Positions 37,210 through 47,300 of a stretch of DNA of 61,531 bases are shown here, piece after piece (position 1 is the stretch's first letter; the number at the start of each line of letters is the position of its first letter). Source of the DNA: a virus (Duplodnaviria > Caudoviricetes); the IMG/VR virus record IMGVR_UViG_3300049157_000049, positions 1 to 61,531 of that record; one strand, given 5' to 3'. A program made the position numbers and the translations under genes. Under the pieces are notes generated by a model. That model ran no database searches and was not told the origin of the DNA. It saw nothing but the letters and a program-made list of their open reading frames with translations.

Positions 37210-38145
37210 TTATTCTTCGTCCTCAACCGTGAGAACCTTGCCGTCGAAACTGAAGAGCTCGGACTCTTTCAGGTTCTCAGTTTTCTTCGTCCAAGCGATG
37301 ACCTCTTTGCGTTGAGTGGGCTTTATTTTCAGCCGAAGAAGTTTCCCGGGCAGCGCGGTCCGCTTGATCGACCCGCCAGCCGCTTTGACAGTCTCGTAGA
37401 CAGCCACTTCCGGATCAAAGTCACCCCCGGCGTCGTCGGCGGGGTCCTCTTCTTCCTCTTCTTCCTCTTCTTCCTTTGCAGCCGCCTTGGACTTCGCGAG
37501 AGGCTTTCGGCGGGTCTTTGGACGAGTGTCCTTTTCTTCCTCTTCTTCTCCCAATTCATCCTCATCCGCGACGAATTCGTCCTCTCCATCGCTGTCGGTA
37601 TCCTCTTCGATCGAGCCTACAAAGCGCTGATAGTCATCGGTCTCTTCAGCGCCAGGCAAAAGGTAGATCTCAGATGGGACCAGGACCATGATCTGCGCGC
37701 CTTCTTTGGTTTTGCTCTTCCGCCCGGTAAACTCCGCGAGAGGGCGCTGGATCCATTGCGCGTGAAGGCCTTCGAGCTTGCTGATGTCACCCGAGTGGAG
37801 GAGCTTCGCGGGAACACCAAGTTGTTGCAGCTGAGCAAACAGCACAGCCGCTTTTGTGGTACGCCCGATGCTTTCCTGTGAGCCGGTGCTCTTGAGGCGC
37901 TTGCCGCCGTCAACCACCGCGAAGTTGTCACCCGCGTCGCTGCCCATGCTGTACGCCTGCGGATAAGTTTTTTCATCCCCAGCGAGATGGAGCATCGCAA
38001 CGGTGTTGTTGCCCGTCGCCCCTCCATAGTCAAACTTGTCATCGAACCTAGCTCGATAAATTGTGAACTCCCCACCGAAGGTCCCAGTATCCACTTGGTC
38101 TTCAGCTGAAAGGCCCACGTACTTTTCAGTTGGCTTTTTTGCCAT
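37210..38145 (-). CDS. Putative ssDNA-binding protein with long acidic region
   Basis: AAGGAG RBS before ATG 38145; beta-rich N-terminal domain; poly-E tracts; replication-module position. Confidence 0.5.
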   Translation of the reverse strand: MAKKPTEKYVGLSAEDQVDTGTFGGEFTIYRARFDDKFDYGGATGNNTVAMLHLAGDEKTYPQAYSMGSDAGDNFAVVDGGKRLKSTGSQESIGRTTKAAVLFAQLQQLGVPAKLLHSGDISKLEGLHAQWIQRPLAEFTGRKSKTKEGAQIMVLVPSEIYLLPGAEETDDYQRFVGSIEEDTDSDGEDEFVADEDELGEEEEEKDTRPKTRRKPLAKSKAAAKEEEEEEEEEDPADDAGGDFDPEVAVYETVKAAGGSIKRTALPGKLLRLKIKPTQRKEVIAWTKKTENLKESELFSFDGKVLTVEDEE

Positions 38146-38149
38146 TTCG

Positions 38150-38446
38150 TCATTCTCCTTTTGTTGGTGTTTTTGGTTTAGATGAAGCCGTTGGGGTTCC
38201 AGCAATCCCGATATCAAATTGCGACAACCGTCTTTCAATCTTCGTGACCAGGCTCTGTAACGCATCGAAATCTTCTAATGTCTCGATATAAGCGTACATA
38301 ATTTTGCTGTCCGCCAAAGTATCCATATTCTCTCTGATAAGGTGGCTAAACAGCCGAGCGTGAGAGGCGCGCGCATTACCTAAAAACAATTCCATCAGCG
38401 AGATTAACTCGCTATTGGGCGTGTCATCTTGTTTGGATTTACTCAT
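38150..38446 (-). CDS. Hypothetical protein
   Basis: GGAGG RBS; ATGA overlap with the helicase. Confidence 0.6.
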   Translation of the reverse strand: MSKSKQDDTPNSELISLMELFLGNARASHARLFSHLIRENMDTLADSKIMYAYIETLEDFDALQSLVTKIERRLSQFDIGIAGTPTASSKPKTPTKGE

Positions 38447-40011
38447 TCTACCCTCCGAGAGGCTTTTGTGTGGCGTATAGGCAGCGTCGCGACCTTACGT
38501 AAAGAGTTCATGAACCATTTTGGAGCGAACCGCTTGTTTGCCCAGATGAACCAGTCCCAAAAATTGTTGTCGACAATAAACGTCTCACAAAAATCGTCTT
38601 CCGCCCTTGTTGCTCGGCCCGACGCTTGGACGATCTCTTGCATAGCGATATAGGATGCATAGGTCTTGTCGAGCTCTATGCGTTTTTTCATGATGGGTGA
38701 GAATAGATTAGGCCAGGGCACCTTAGCGATGATTTGGAATCGACACTCATCGTACGGGAAATCAAGCCCGGTGGTTGACGATGGCGATAGGAATACTCCG
38801 TTAGATGACTTGCGAAATCTGTCAAGTGCGTAGTCTTTATCCCGCGCGTCAGTATGTGTAATGATTCTGTGGGGGTATTTAGTGAGATCGTGTATAAGCT
38901 CTGCGCGTTTGTAGCTAACAGCGTGTATGATCCCTTTTGTATGCGGATGGGCTTTTAGGATTAAGTCCATACGATTCATCCACCAAGAATTCTCCGACGG
39001 TGTATTGTTACGGCTCACTCGAACAGACGGCAGGAAACTAACTCGTCGGTTTTTGACAGGGAACGTATGAGGAAAGCTACAAACCTCTACTTCGTCCTTC
39101 TCGATACCTAGCAGGTTGAGCGTCTTTCGTGTCGCAGTGGCGGAGACTAGGTAAATCTTATCGACACCCGCAAACAAGTAATCTTCGGCGAATTTCGCTG
39201 GCGACAGGGGGTCGAACATGATCTTTTTTTTGCTTGTTGCATCTGGGACCCAATTATCAGGATCGCCATGTTCGCTAAGCGTCTTCATCCCTCGCTTCAG
39301 TCGCGCTAATCTACTCGCTTGGTGTATCCCCGCTGCACTCTTGTTGTAGGTTAACTTTTTCCTACCCCATATAGTCACGAACGTTTTCGCAAAAGCTACC
39401 CAATCCTCGGGCTTCGAAGTCCTAGGGTAAGTGTCGCCACAAAACTCACGAAGGTCCTCGTACCGGAAACTCACGCCAAGGAAATTTGCAAGCTCTTTCG
39501 GCGCAGAATGAGCTTCGTCTAAAACCAACAGATCGAAGGCGCCCATCTTGCTTAGGTTGTGCATGTAGTAGCTATAATTCGTAACCACTAAATTAGAGGT
39601 AACCATCTTGTCAAACGCTGCATAATACGTACATTGCTTATCCCCGCTACCCGCGGAGATACGGCTGCAATCTATGTTGTAATTACAAGGGCCTAAATCA
39701 ACCGTAATTAGTGGGTTGTTTGGCTCCTCTTTACACCCGTAGTTGTTCTTTCCTCGGATGTCAGACACCAACTCCTCGTAGTCCCTGATGATTTGGTTCT
39801 GTAATGCTTTTGTCGACGTGAGGATACACGTGCGCCCGCCCATCAGAAGATGTTGTGCAACGTATGTTAGGGTTTTGCCGCCGCCTGTGGGGATAGTGTG
39901 TAATACGAATCGCGCCTCAGACTTCAAAGCGCGAACGATAGCGGCATCTTGGTACTTACGCCACTTAGTGAATTTTTCGGGCGCGCCTATCTCTTTAGGT
40001 TTGGGGAGCAT
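38443..40011 (-). CDS. SF2 helicase, DinG/XPD-like, with putative Fe-S cysteines
   Basis: PTGGGKT, TKALQNQ, RGKNNYGC..C..C..CTY, VLDEAH, SAT, GLDF, IAKVPWP, QASGRATR..DD. Confidence 0.9.
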   Translation of the reverse strand: MLPKPKEIGAPEKFTKWRKYQDAAIVRALKSEARFVLHTIPTGGGKTLTYVAQHLLMGGRTCILTSTKALQNQIIRDYEELVSDIRGKNNYGCKEEPNNPLITVDLGPCNYNIDCSRISAGSGDKQCTYYAAFDKMVTSNLVVTNYSYYMHNLSKMGAFDLLVLDEAHSAPKELANFLGVSFRYEDLREFCGDTYPRTSKPEDWVAFAKTFVTIWGRKKLTYNKSAAGIHQASRLARLKRGMKTLSEHGDPDNWVPDATSKKKIMFDPLSPAKFAEDYLFAGVDKIYLVSATATRKTLNLLGIEKDEVEVCSFPHTFPVKNRRVSFLPSVRVSRNNTPSENSWWMNRMDLILKAHPHTKGIIHAVSYKRAELIHDLTKYPHRIITHTDARDKDYALDRFRKSSNGVFLSPSSTTGLDFPYDECRFQIIAKVPWPNLFSPIMKKRIELDKTYASYIAMQEIVQASGRATRAEDDFCETFIVDNNFWDWFIWANKRFAPKWFMNSLRKVATLPIRHTKASRRVE

Positions 40012-40012
40012 G

Positions 40013-40606
40013 TTAGCTGATACTTTTGACCATGGAAAGGCTTACGCCCGTCATCTGTTTTTCGATACCTTCAAACGCGCGGTTGAAATCTTGTAGATAT
40101 TTGTCACGCCAATGCGAATGTTCCATGTCTTTAATTTTTTGTCGTACTTGAGCGATAGTCCGAGCCGCTTCGGCCACCGCACCGCTCATGACGAGACGGT
40201 TTATGACCTCTTGGGAGCGCTGGATTGTCTGCTCAAAAGACATGAGTTCTTCCTGCGCAGCAAGGATCTCTAGGATCGATTCCACTTGCGAGATTGAGGA
40301 TTTGATCATGAGAGAGTTTTTGAGCTTTTTGTGTTTGGAAAGACGGCGGATATGTTCGCGGACAGCATGTCGGATGAAATCCCCTTCCGCTTTGTACTCG
40401 TCCCCGTATTCGTTGACGAGCTCGCGGATGACTGCGGCTGATTGGGGTTGTATAGAAAACGTAATGCGCGTTGAGTGGCCTTTGTCATCGACCGTAACAC
40501 GCGACTTGCGGAATCCAGTTCGGTCAATACCTGAAAACGGGTCCTCTTGAGGCTCATCATCAAAGTTGTTACTGACAGATAGGGATAGAAATTTGTCATG
40601 AGTCAT
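40013..40606 (-). CDS. Protein with RHH-like DNA-binding domain
   Basis: TRITFSIQP....IRELV....Y....DFIRHAVREH. Confidence 0.6.
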   Translation of the reverse strand: MTHDKFLSLSVSNNFDDEPQEDPFSGIDRTGFRKSRVTVDDKGHSTRITFSIQPQSAAVIRELVNEYGDEYKAEGDFIRHAVREHIRRLSKHKKLKNSLMIKSSISQVESILEILAAQEELMSFEQTIQRSQEVINRLVMSGAVAEAARTIAQVRQKIKDMEHSHWRDKYLQDFNRAFEGIEKQMTGVSLSMVKSIS

Positions 40607-41006
40607 TGTTAGCCTCTTTCCATTTGGCGTAGTGGTAGCGCGTGCGACACCCCGGCTTGCAGAATTTATGATCTGAACGTGCAGGGGTGAACGTCACATT
40701 ACAGAATATACACTGCCTGTTGGGGTGTTGAACACGGATCGATTCATGTGTCGAGACCCAACCAAGCTTCGCCATTCGCCGTTGCTGGTGGAAGTTCGGA
40801 CGGCCCGGCTTGTTCCCCATCACCATGAAGCGGGGGTCTTTTCCGGCGGCTCGCCGTTCCCACTTGTGGATCGACTCGAGCAGGTTTTTGCGCTCGTCGC
40901 GACGGGTGACTGTCGGGAGAATCTCTCGCAGGCGTTTCAGATACGCTCGCGCGCCGTCCCGGTCACCAGGGGACAGAACAGGGCAGTCAAGGTGTCGTTT
41001 GCTCAT
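40596..41006 (-). CDS. Hypothetical protein with C-terminal Zn finger
   Basis: CIFCNVTFTPARSDHKFCKPGCR. Confidence 0.65.
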   Translation of the reverse strand: MSKRHLDCPVLSPGDRDGARAYLKRLREILPTVTRRDERKNLLESIHKWERRAAGKDPRFMVMGNKPGRPNFHQQRRMAKLGWVSTHESIRVQHPNRQCIFCNVTFTPARSDHKFCKPGCRTRYHYAKWKEANNDS

Positions 41007-41012
41007 TTGTCT

Positions 41013-41042
41013 ATGCTAAGCGGTTTTGGTTGACGCTGTCAA
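41013..41042 (-). promoter_or_regulatory. Sigma70-like promoter for the replication module (TTGACA-N18-TAGCAT) with operator-like site
   Basis: Minus strand reads TTGACA gcgtcaaccaaaaccgct TAGCAT agacaa ATG. Confidence 0.65.
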
Positions 41043-41050
41043 GCCTGCAG

Positions 41051-41081
41051 AAAAAAGGGCTGCTAGCCGCAGCCCCAAAAA
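41051..41081 (-). terminator. Intrinsic terminator ending the structural operon
   Basis: GGGCTGC-ggcta-GCAGCCC followed by T6; also flanked by an A/T tract on the other side. Confidence 0.75.
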
Positions 41082-41110
41082 GTAATATTACCCCGCGACA
41101 GCATGTAATA

Positions 41111-41425
41111 TTACTTATTCAACTTAGCTTCCAGCCGTTCGATCTTCGCCTCGACTTTGTCGGTGAGTCGCTGGACCTGACCGACGAGCGTTGCTAGGAC
41201 CTCGGTGTTTTTGCCTACGTACTCGTTTGACTGCTTGAGAATCAGCATGAGCTGATCGTTGGATTTCACCCCGGACGCGGTCATGAATCGTAAGAAAAGG
41301 AACAACATGCCGAGAGCGAGCACCGCAATGACAACCGAATGGGGCGCGATGGTTCCGGTCGTCTCGATCGTTTTCTCCAATATTTCAGCTTGTGTACCAG
41401 AGATTATTTTCAATGTGGGAATCAT
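41111..41425 (-). CDS. Holin-like single-TM coiled-coil protein
   Basis: AAGGAG RBS; TM VVIAVLALGMLFLFL; last gene of the tail operon. Confidence 0.5.
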   Translation of the reverse strand: MIPTLKIISGTQAEILEKTIETTGTIAPHSVVIAVLALGMLFLFLRFMTASGVKSNDQLMLILKQSNEYVGKNTEVLATLVGQVQRLTDKVEAKIERLEAKLNK

Positions 41426-41476
41426 GATGTTAGTCTCCTTACCTACTGTAATAATGCTCCCGTCGACGCTGTAATA

Positions 41477-42484
41477 TTACTCATCTGGTAGAATAAGGGC
41501 GGAGAGGGGCCGAACGTATGAAAGGACGCGCACCTGTATCTCACCAAACACCGGCCCTGTGGCGGCCTGAGAGACATCGATCCGTAACAGCCCGTTGTCT
41601 ACCCCCGATCCCGAGCTCGGAGCGAGACAGCGGCGCGCGTAGGACGTGGCATCGGGTATTTTGCGCGCGGCATTGTCGGATGTGGAGAGTGTCGGCCCGG
41701 TCGCGTACATGTCCACCCAAGAGGACCCGTCCCATTTGAAAACGTCTAAGTTTATATCAGTGTTAGGGTTAGCGTCCGTGAAGAGTCCCACATCTTCCAC
41801 ACGCGCCGCGTCCCAAATACGATGCAGGAGCTTGGCGCCCGTCGTGATCCCTGATCCGAACTGGTAGTTGAACGTCTCGCGTCTCGGGATTGCCGGGATT
41901 GTGTCTGCGGGTGGAACGGCACCGATTAGAACCGTAGGCTGAGAGACGTACATGTCGCCAGTAGCGGCCAGCTCCGCCTGCAGAATGAGCTTGTCAGCGT
42001 TCGCGGCGATGGTGTGAGTCAGAGTCATCAACTGCCAGTCGTCATCGCCGTCGTGGGCGTCTGTGCGCGTCGGTGAGCCTGTGCCGCCGTCATTCAGCGC
42101 GATCTTGGCGTTTGTGGAGTCGGATTTGACCCAGACTGCGACGACGATCGGCACGCCATCGAGCCCGTCGTCATAGGATGCGGTGGTCAAGATGTTGTAA
42201 TCGAGCGAGTCCGTACCCGAACCCGAGTAGGTCATTTTCGTTGCGAAATCCCCCTTTTTCCGAGTGGTATCCGCGAGCCCGGTCCCGGTGCGCGCGATCG
42301 TCGGGCTGCCTGACTTTCCCCAGAGAGCCGGGGGGTTGGCGTCTCCGTTGTGCCAGATGAGGAAATCGGAATTCGCGATGAGGTTGATGCCGAACAGGGA
42401 TTGGTCAATAGCCTGAAAGTTGCTCCGGACGTCCGCCGAGACGGTTTTGGCGCCGTCTGCAGGCTTGTTGCGGTTGTAGGTCAT
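41477..42484 (-). CDS. Putative tail fibre/receptor-binding protein with carbohydrate-binding-like domain
   Basis: VRSNFQAID anchor-like segment; NLIANSDF..W; VWVKS...WQLMTLTHTI. Confidence 0.65.
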   Translation of the reverse strand: MTYNRNKPADGAKTVSADVRSNFQAIDQSLFGINLIANSDFLIWHNGDANPPALWGKSGSPTIARTGTGLADTTRKKGDFATKMTYSGSGTDSLDYNILTTASYDDGLDGVPIVVAVWVKSDSTNAKIALNDGGTGSPTRTDAHDGDDDWQLMTLTHTIAANADKLILQAELAATGDMYVSQPTVLIGAVPPADTIPAIPRRETFNYQFGSGITTGAKLLHRIWDAARVEDVGLFTDANPNTDINLDVFKWDGSSWVDMYATGPTLSTSDNAARKIPDATSYARRCLAPSSGSGVDNGLLRIDVSQAATGPVFGEIQVRVLSYVRPLSALILPDE

Positions 42485-42774
42485 GGGCGTCTCCGTATGT
42501 GCTGGTCTACGTCATCGTGCAGCTTTTGAATCTGGCACCCAAGGCTCTCAAAGCGTCGGGAGTGGCGTCTCAGGCGCGCCACACGGTGGGACCACCGAGC
42601 GAGCATGCTTCGCAGCTCCTCAAACGGCAACGGGGCGACGCGCCTTCGGTGCTCTAACATCTGGGATTGCAGCGCTTCCAACTCGCTGGACTCCGCGTCG
42701 GTGAGCTCTCCATTGATGTCCTTGTCAATCAGCGCGCATCGGCGCGCGTTCTTCGCATCGGTCCATCGCGTCAT
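42481..42774 (-). CDS. Small helical hypothetical protein
   Basis: ATGA overlaps on both sides. Confidence 0.65.
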   Translation of the reverse strand: MTRWTDAKNARRCALIDKDINGELTDAESSELEALQSQMLEHRRRVAPLPFEELRSMLARWSHRVARLRRHSRRFESLGCQIQKLHDDVDQHIRRRP

Positions 42775-43178
42775 TTCAGCTTGCCCTTTTTACGGCCGGC
42801 CCGACCCCGACCTCTCCCGCGACCCGGGCCGGAGTCGTCATCGCCCCCGCCACCACCGCCCGATTGGAGGATTTCCGGTAGGTCCATCCGCCGCGCGAAG
42901 TCGCGCACGATCTTGTGGTACTCCGCACGCGCCAACTTGCGGCCGGCCGCAGCGAGCTCAGGCGGTAGCTCGGTCAGCCGGTTGATGTTTTCCTCCAACG
43001 ATAATTGTATCAGCATATCAATGTTGTCGCGAGAGGCGGCGATACCCAGCTCGTGAAGCGCCGACGTAACCCCTTGCTTCGTAAGGCTATAGGCTTGTTT
43101 GATCGCCTCAAGCGCTTTCCGGTCGATGAATTTCTTTTCATGGTCTGGGTCCGCTAAGGGCTTAAAGTTGAATGACAT
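42771..43178 (-). CDS. Hypothetical protein with G6/RG-repeat tail; candidate rSAM accessory
   Basis: GAGGGG RBS; directly after the rSAM gene. Confidence 0.65.
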   Translation of the reverse strand: MSFNFKPLADPDHEKKFIDRKALEAIKQAYSLTKQGVTSALHELGIAASRDNIDMLIQLSLEENINRLTELPPELAAAGRKLARAEYHKIVRDFARRMDLPEILQSGGGGGGDDDSGPGRGRGRGRAGRKKGKLK

Positions 43179-43202
43179 AGAAGGGATCCCCTCGAAATTT
43201 TG

Positions 43203-44324
43203 TCACGCTTTGTAGCTGAGCTTGCCCTCAATTTTAGCACCTAAATGAAGCCCTGCAAAGATCGATTGCATCGACTGGCACCAGCCGGGAGCGATGTCGT
43301 AGCGGTTTTTCGGGTCATGGCCATCCTGTCCTATGTAACGACAGTGGCATCCACCAAAACTGACAGGGTTCGCCGCGCAGTCCCCACAATCGAAGCCCTT
43401 TGGTGTCCGCATCTGGGAGTTTTTGATCCCACTGACTTCTGTAAGTCGGGTCTGGTTAATGACGGGGTCGTGGAATACGTCACCCACTTTGTAATATTCT
43501 GCGGTGCCTTCCGCCACACCCGGCTCGAACGCTTTGAACGCCATCTCTTGGCTCGGGTACAGATAGCCTTCCGGTGTTAACGCAAGCATTGATAGCCCAG
43601 TTCCGCACGGCTGCAGAGGTTTTGAACTACGAATGTAAGTTTCGTAGAATTTACCAGCCCAATTTGATGACATGGATTTCCGTATGCACAACCGCATCAC
43701 CCGCTTCATGAAATCTTGTAGCATGATTCGGGACTCCGGCTTCCATTCTTTGAGCCAATTGATGTTGAAATTTAGTTTCTTGAATCCGCGGTCGATCATC
43801 CAGTGGAGATCATCTGTCGAGAATGGAACATCTGGGTCAAGTTGCCAAGCGATCTCGAGACCGGGTCTCCATTTGAGTAGGGACTCGGGGTCTATTACGT
43901 CCCATGAAGGTTTTCCTTTGTAGTAGAAACGCTGCTTGTCGTGTATCCATGGTGGGCCGTCGAGAGACAGTAGCATCCCTACCTTATGGCTATCCATGAA
44001 TGACATAAAATCATCGTCGAGCATGGTGCCGTTTGTGGTGATTGACCATTTCAAATTAAGAGGGGAGTTAGACCATTCCGTCACGACCTTTTTGATGAGG
44101 GGTTTATTGAGAAGGGGTTCGCCTCCATACCAAATGATGTTGAGGTTTTTGTCCTTCTTACACCAATCGTTGATGAGCCATTCAAACGCGCGATCGGCAG
44201 TCCTTGGCGGCATCATCTTGAATAGTCCCGCATTCTTTTGCCATTTCCATTGGTGACTGCCCTGGTAGCAATAACTACAATCCAAGTTGCATGTTCTCGT
44301 GTTGACAAGCCAAAGTGTTTTCAT
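43203..44324 (-). CDS. Radical SAM enzyme with SPASM-like domain (anSME/peptide-maturase type), ~373 aa
   Basis: CNLDCSYC (CxxxCxxC), YGGEPLL, TTNGT, SLDGP..HD..R; C-terminal PCGTG..LTPEG.LYP, CGDC, GGCHC, WC. ATG 44324 overlaps the upstream TAA. Confidence 0.95.
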   Translation of the reverse strand: MKTLWLVNTRTCNLDCSYCYQGSHQWKWQKNAGLFKMMPPRTADRAFEWLINDWCKKDKNLNIIWYGGEPLLNKPLIKKVVTEWSNSPLNLKWSITTNGTMLDDDFMSFMDSHKVGMLLSLDGPPWIHDKQRFYYKGKPSWDVIDPESLLKWRPGLEIAWQLDPDVPFSTDDLHWMIDRGFKKLNFNINWLKEWKPESRIMLQDFMKRVMRLCIRKSMSSNWAGKFYETYIRSSKPLQPCGTGLSMLALTPEGYLYPSQEMAFKAFEPGVAEGTAEYYKVGDVFHDPVINQTRLTEVSGIKNSQMRTPKGFDCGDCAANPVSFGGCHCRYIGQDGHDPKNRYDIAPGWCQSMQSIFAGLHLGAKIEGKLSYKA

Positions 44325-47300
44325 TATAGATCTTCGTCTCCGGACTCTCTGCCTGATTGACAGATTGACTGACATTGCGATTGGCAATGGGTTTGACACC
44401 CTACCTGACAGTTCAGTTCACACGTAGATTGGCAATTCAACTCACAGTTAGATTGACAGCTAACCTCGCATGTAGACTGGCACGTTACCTGGCACCCGGT
44501 CTGGCAAGTGATTTGGCAACCAGACTGGCACCCTTGTTGGCAAACAGTTTGACATGACGATTCACACGGTGATTGGCAACCGAGCTCACAAGCTGTTTGG
44601 CAGGAAGACTCACACGGAGTTTGACAGCCCCCGCCCTCACACCCTCCCTGACAAGCAAGCTCACACGTAGCCTGACATGAGCTTTGACATGTGTCCTGAC
44701 AAGTCAGCTCGCACGTCGATTGACAGGCAAGTTGACAGGTATCTTGGCACGCACTCTGGCATGCAATTTGACATGATGCTTCGCAAGTCTCTTGGCAAGC
44801 GATTTCGCACGTATCCTGGCACGATTGTTGGCACGTTGACTGACAGGATGATTGACAGAATCCTTGACACTCATTAACACACGCTTGGCTCGCAACCGTT
44901 ACGCGATCGTCAGTCGCGGTGAACTGTACCAGGCCCGACAGCGCGTCTTTCGATAGAGATATAATCCGGAAAATTTCATTTGAGATTTGGCCCGACTTAC
45001 CGAGTCCTCTTCGCTTCAAGATCTTAAACTTGTCACCTACTTCCTTGCGCATCAACTTCCCCCCGATGACTGTGCCTTGTATCTTGCGCGCAGCAGATGA
45101 TGACAGTTCGAGAATCCGTGACGCTAAGGACTCCGCATTGTCCGTGATCTTTAGATACGTCTCTACAGGTTTTATGTCCGGACGTCCCAGTAATACGGAA
45201 ACTGACGTGTCGGAGCGTTCAACGGACTCAAACGTACCGCGCGAGGGGTCTTGGTCGAAATCCACACGGATCTTAGCGAATACCTCATTTGAGGCTCTTG
45301 ACGAAGAGAAATCAGAAATATCGTAATCAAACACAGTAGTTATATTGTCGGCTACTGTACCTACATAAATCTGATAGAAGATTTTGCCTGAGCCATCAAT
45401 GATGATGTTCCCGAGATTACTACGCTCCAATGTGTCAAAGATTTCGCTTGTGCTTGTGCTTTCACGGAGATAGATGCTAAGAGATTCCGCAGCGGTATCT
45501 CGAGCGAACAAAAAGCTAGTCGTGTCGATTGCGCTCGACGGTTTACCCATGAAGCGCACAAGGAGCGTCTGGAGAATGTCGGCCCCTATCTCAATAAGAG
45601 CATCTGCGGTGCCCGTGAAGGTTCCGCTAGCGTCGTCTCGATACCCTTTAGCGTCCGTTCGCAGGATGTGATCGCGATCAACGTCGTCAAATATTGCGTT
45701 GTCGGCTTCATAGCTTAGCGACCCCGTGTTGTCGTCCCCGAGATTGAACCCTAGCAGCCCCCAACCAGTGGAGCTAGAATGGGACCCCGTTTTTGTAAGT
45801 AGGTTAGCAGTTCCGGCATCCTTTGAAACCGTGATTTGATGCGTGGTATTACTGTATGCACAATTCCAGTCGGCCGCGCCAGCGTCTCTTAGCTGCGTCT
45901 GCACATGTGCTGCTAAAGACTGCGCCGTGTAGAGTCCCGACGTCAACTCGGCGGTAAGCTCCGCACCCCCTTCATTGAAGTCCAAACGAGAGTTGGTGTC
46001 GAGCACGCGGTATGGACCCACATCGCGAGAGATAGTGAATCTACCGTTGTCAACATCCGTTGTATAGTCTGTCCCATCGACAAGCTCTAGCCGCTCGGTC
46101 GTTAACCTTAACCCTGCGAATTCCTCAGACGTGTAAGCATAGACTGTGGTTATTTCTTTGATACCGTTTGGGGCTCTACTTACATCCGCGACCTCATAGA
46201 CCCCATAATCGTTTGCAGTTACGTTTACACGAAAAGGTGTGATGTTGGATTTCACCCCGAAAAATACAGGTTTTATACGTCCGTCAGTTTTTGTAAGGCT
46301 TAAATTGGGAAGGTCGTCTTCAGAATAGAGATCCGTCGCAATCTGCTGATGGAAGAACGTTCGCTCGTCATCCAAATCGAACGTCGCTATGTCATCTGTG
46401 ATGTTGATGCGCTGGATTAGGCCTGTCATTTGAGCGAAATACTGGTTGACGTCGAGCTCAACAGTCGTTCCATCAGACGCCTCAATGGCACCCCCGATCT
46501 TGACGATGACAGACTGACTCATCCATTGTAGTTCGGCAACCAAACGTTCGATGAATCCATCGGAATTGATTAACGACACGTCCCCACTACCTATTTGTTT
46601 CCCTGCGAAATAGATATCAGGCGAACCCGTCTCAAGACTAGGGATGGAGGAATTGGAGACCCGGGGGTCATAAGGGTAGTAACGATAGATTCTCTCCATC
46701 ACGATACCGTCATACAACACGATCGATGTACCGCTGCCGCCCGATTTGGTTTCGAACGTTACGACATGATTACCACTACTCTCTGCGCGAAAATCCACGA
46801 TGAATCGTTTCCAAGCGTCTCCGGTATTGTTGAGGTCAATATCTCCATCAAAACTCGCAACGTCTTCCCAATTGGTCCCGTCTGTGTGTACAAATGCATT
46901 GGGTGTTGCGAAGTTATCACGGACCCGTATTACCCCCTGCGTGGCGTTCGTGCCTATCGTTTTGTAATACCCGTGTAGACGATAACGGTGGCCGGAAACT
47001 AATGTAATGTTCCCTGTAGTTAGAATAGTCTGCCCACCGACTGTTGTATCAGCCGCTGTAAGCCTCGCTGCGGAAGAATTTATCTTTACGTCAGTGGTTT
47101 CTTCGTCGACGGTGCCCGTTCCTGTCTTGGTGAAATTGTCAGGCGAGCCTCCAGTCCAATTTTCAAAGTCCCCGTTTGTTACGAGATTGTTGCCGGATAG
47201 ATCGGGAAGAATTAGTGCTTTTGACGCGAAATGAAATGGCACAACGGCGGCTACTGTGGTGTCTGACGGATCGCTGCCATCCGAAAGATTGACGTAGAGC

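Noticed and set aside
43203-44324. rSAM as anaerobic sulfatase maturase, QueE or NrdG
   Set aside because: No sulfatase, queuosine-pathway or NrdD genes; coupling to the Cys array is the more economical explanation.
44351-44881. 12-nt periodic repeats as a CRISPR array or VNTR
   Set aside because: No constant repeat with unique spacers; the period is a codon pattern (TGY CAR/GAR) inside an open frame with synonymous variation.
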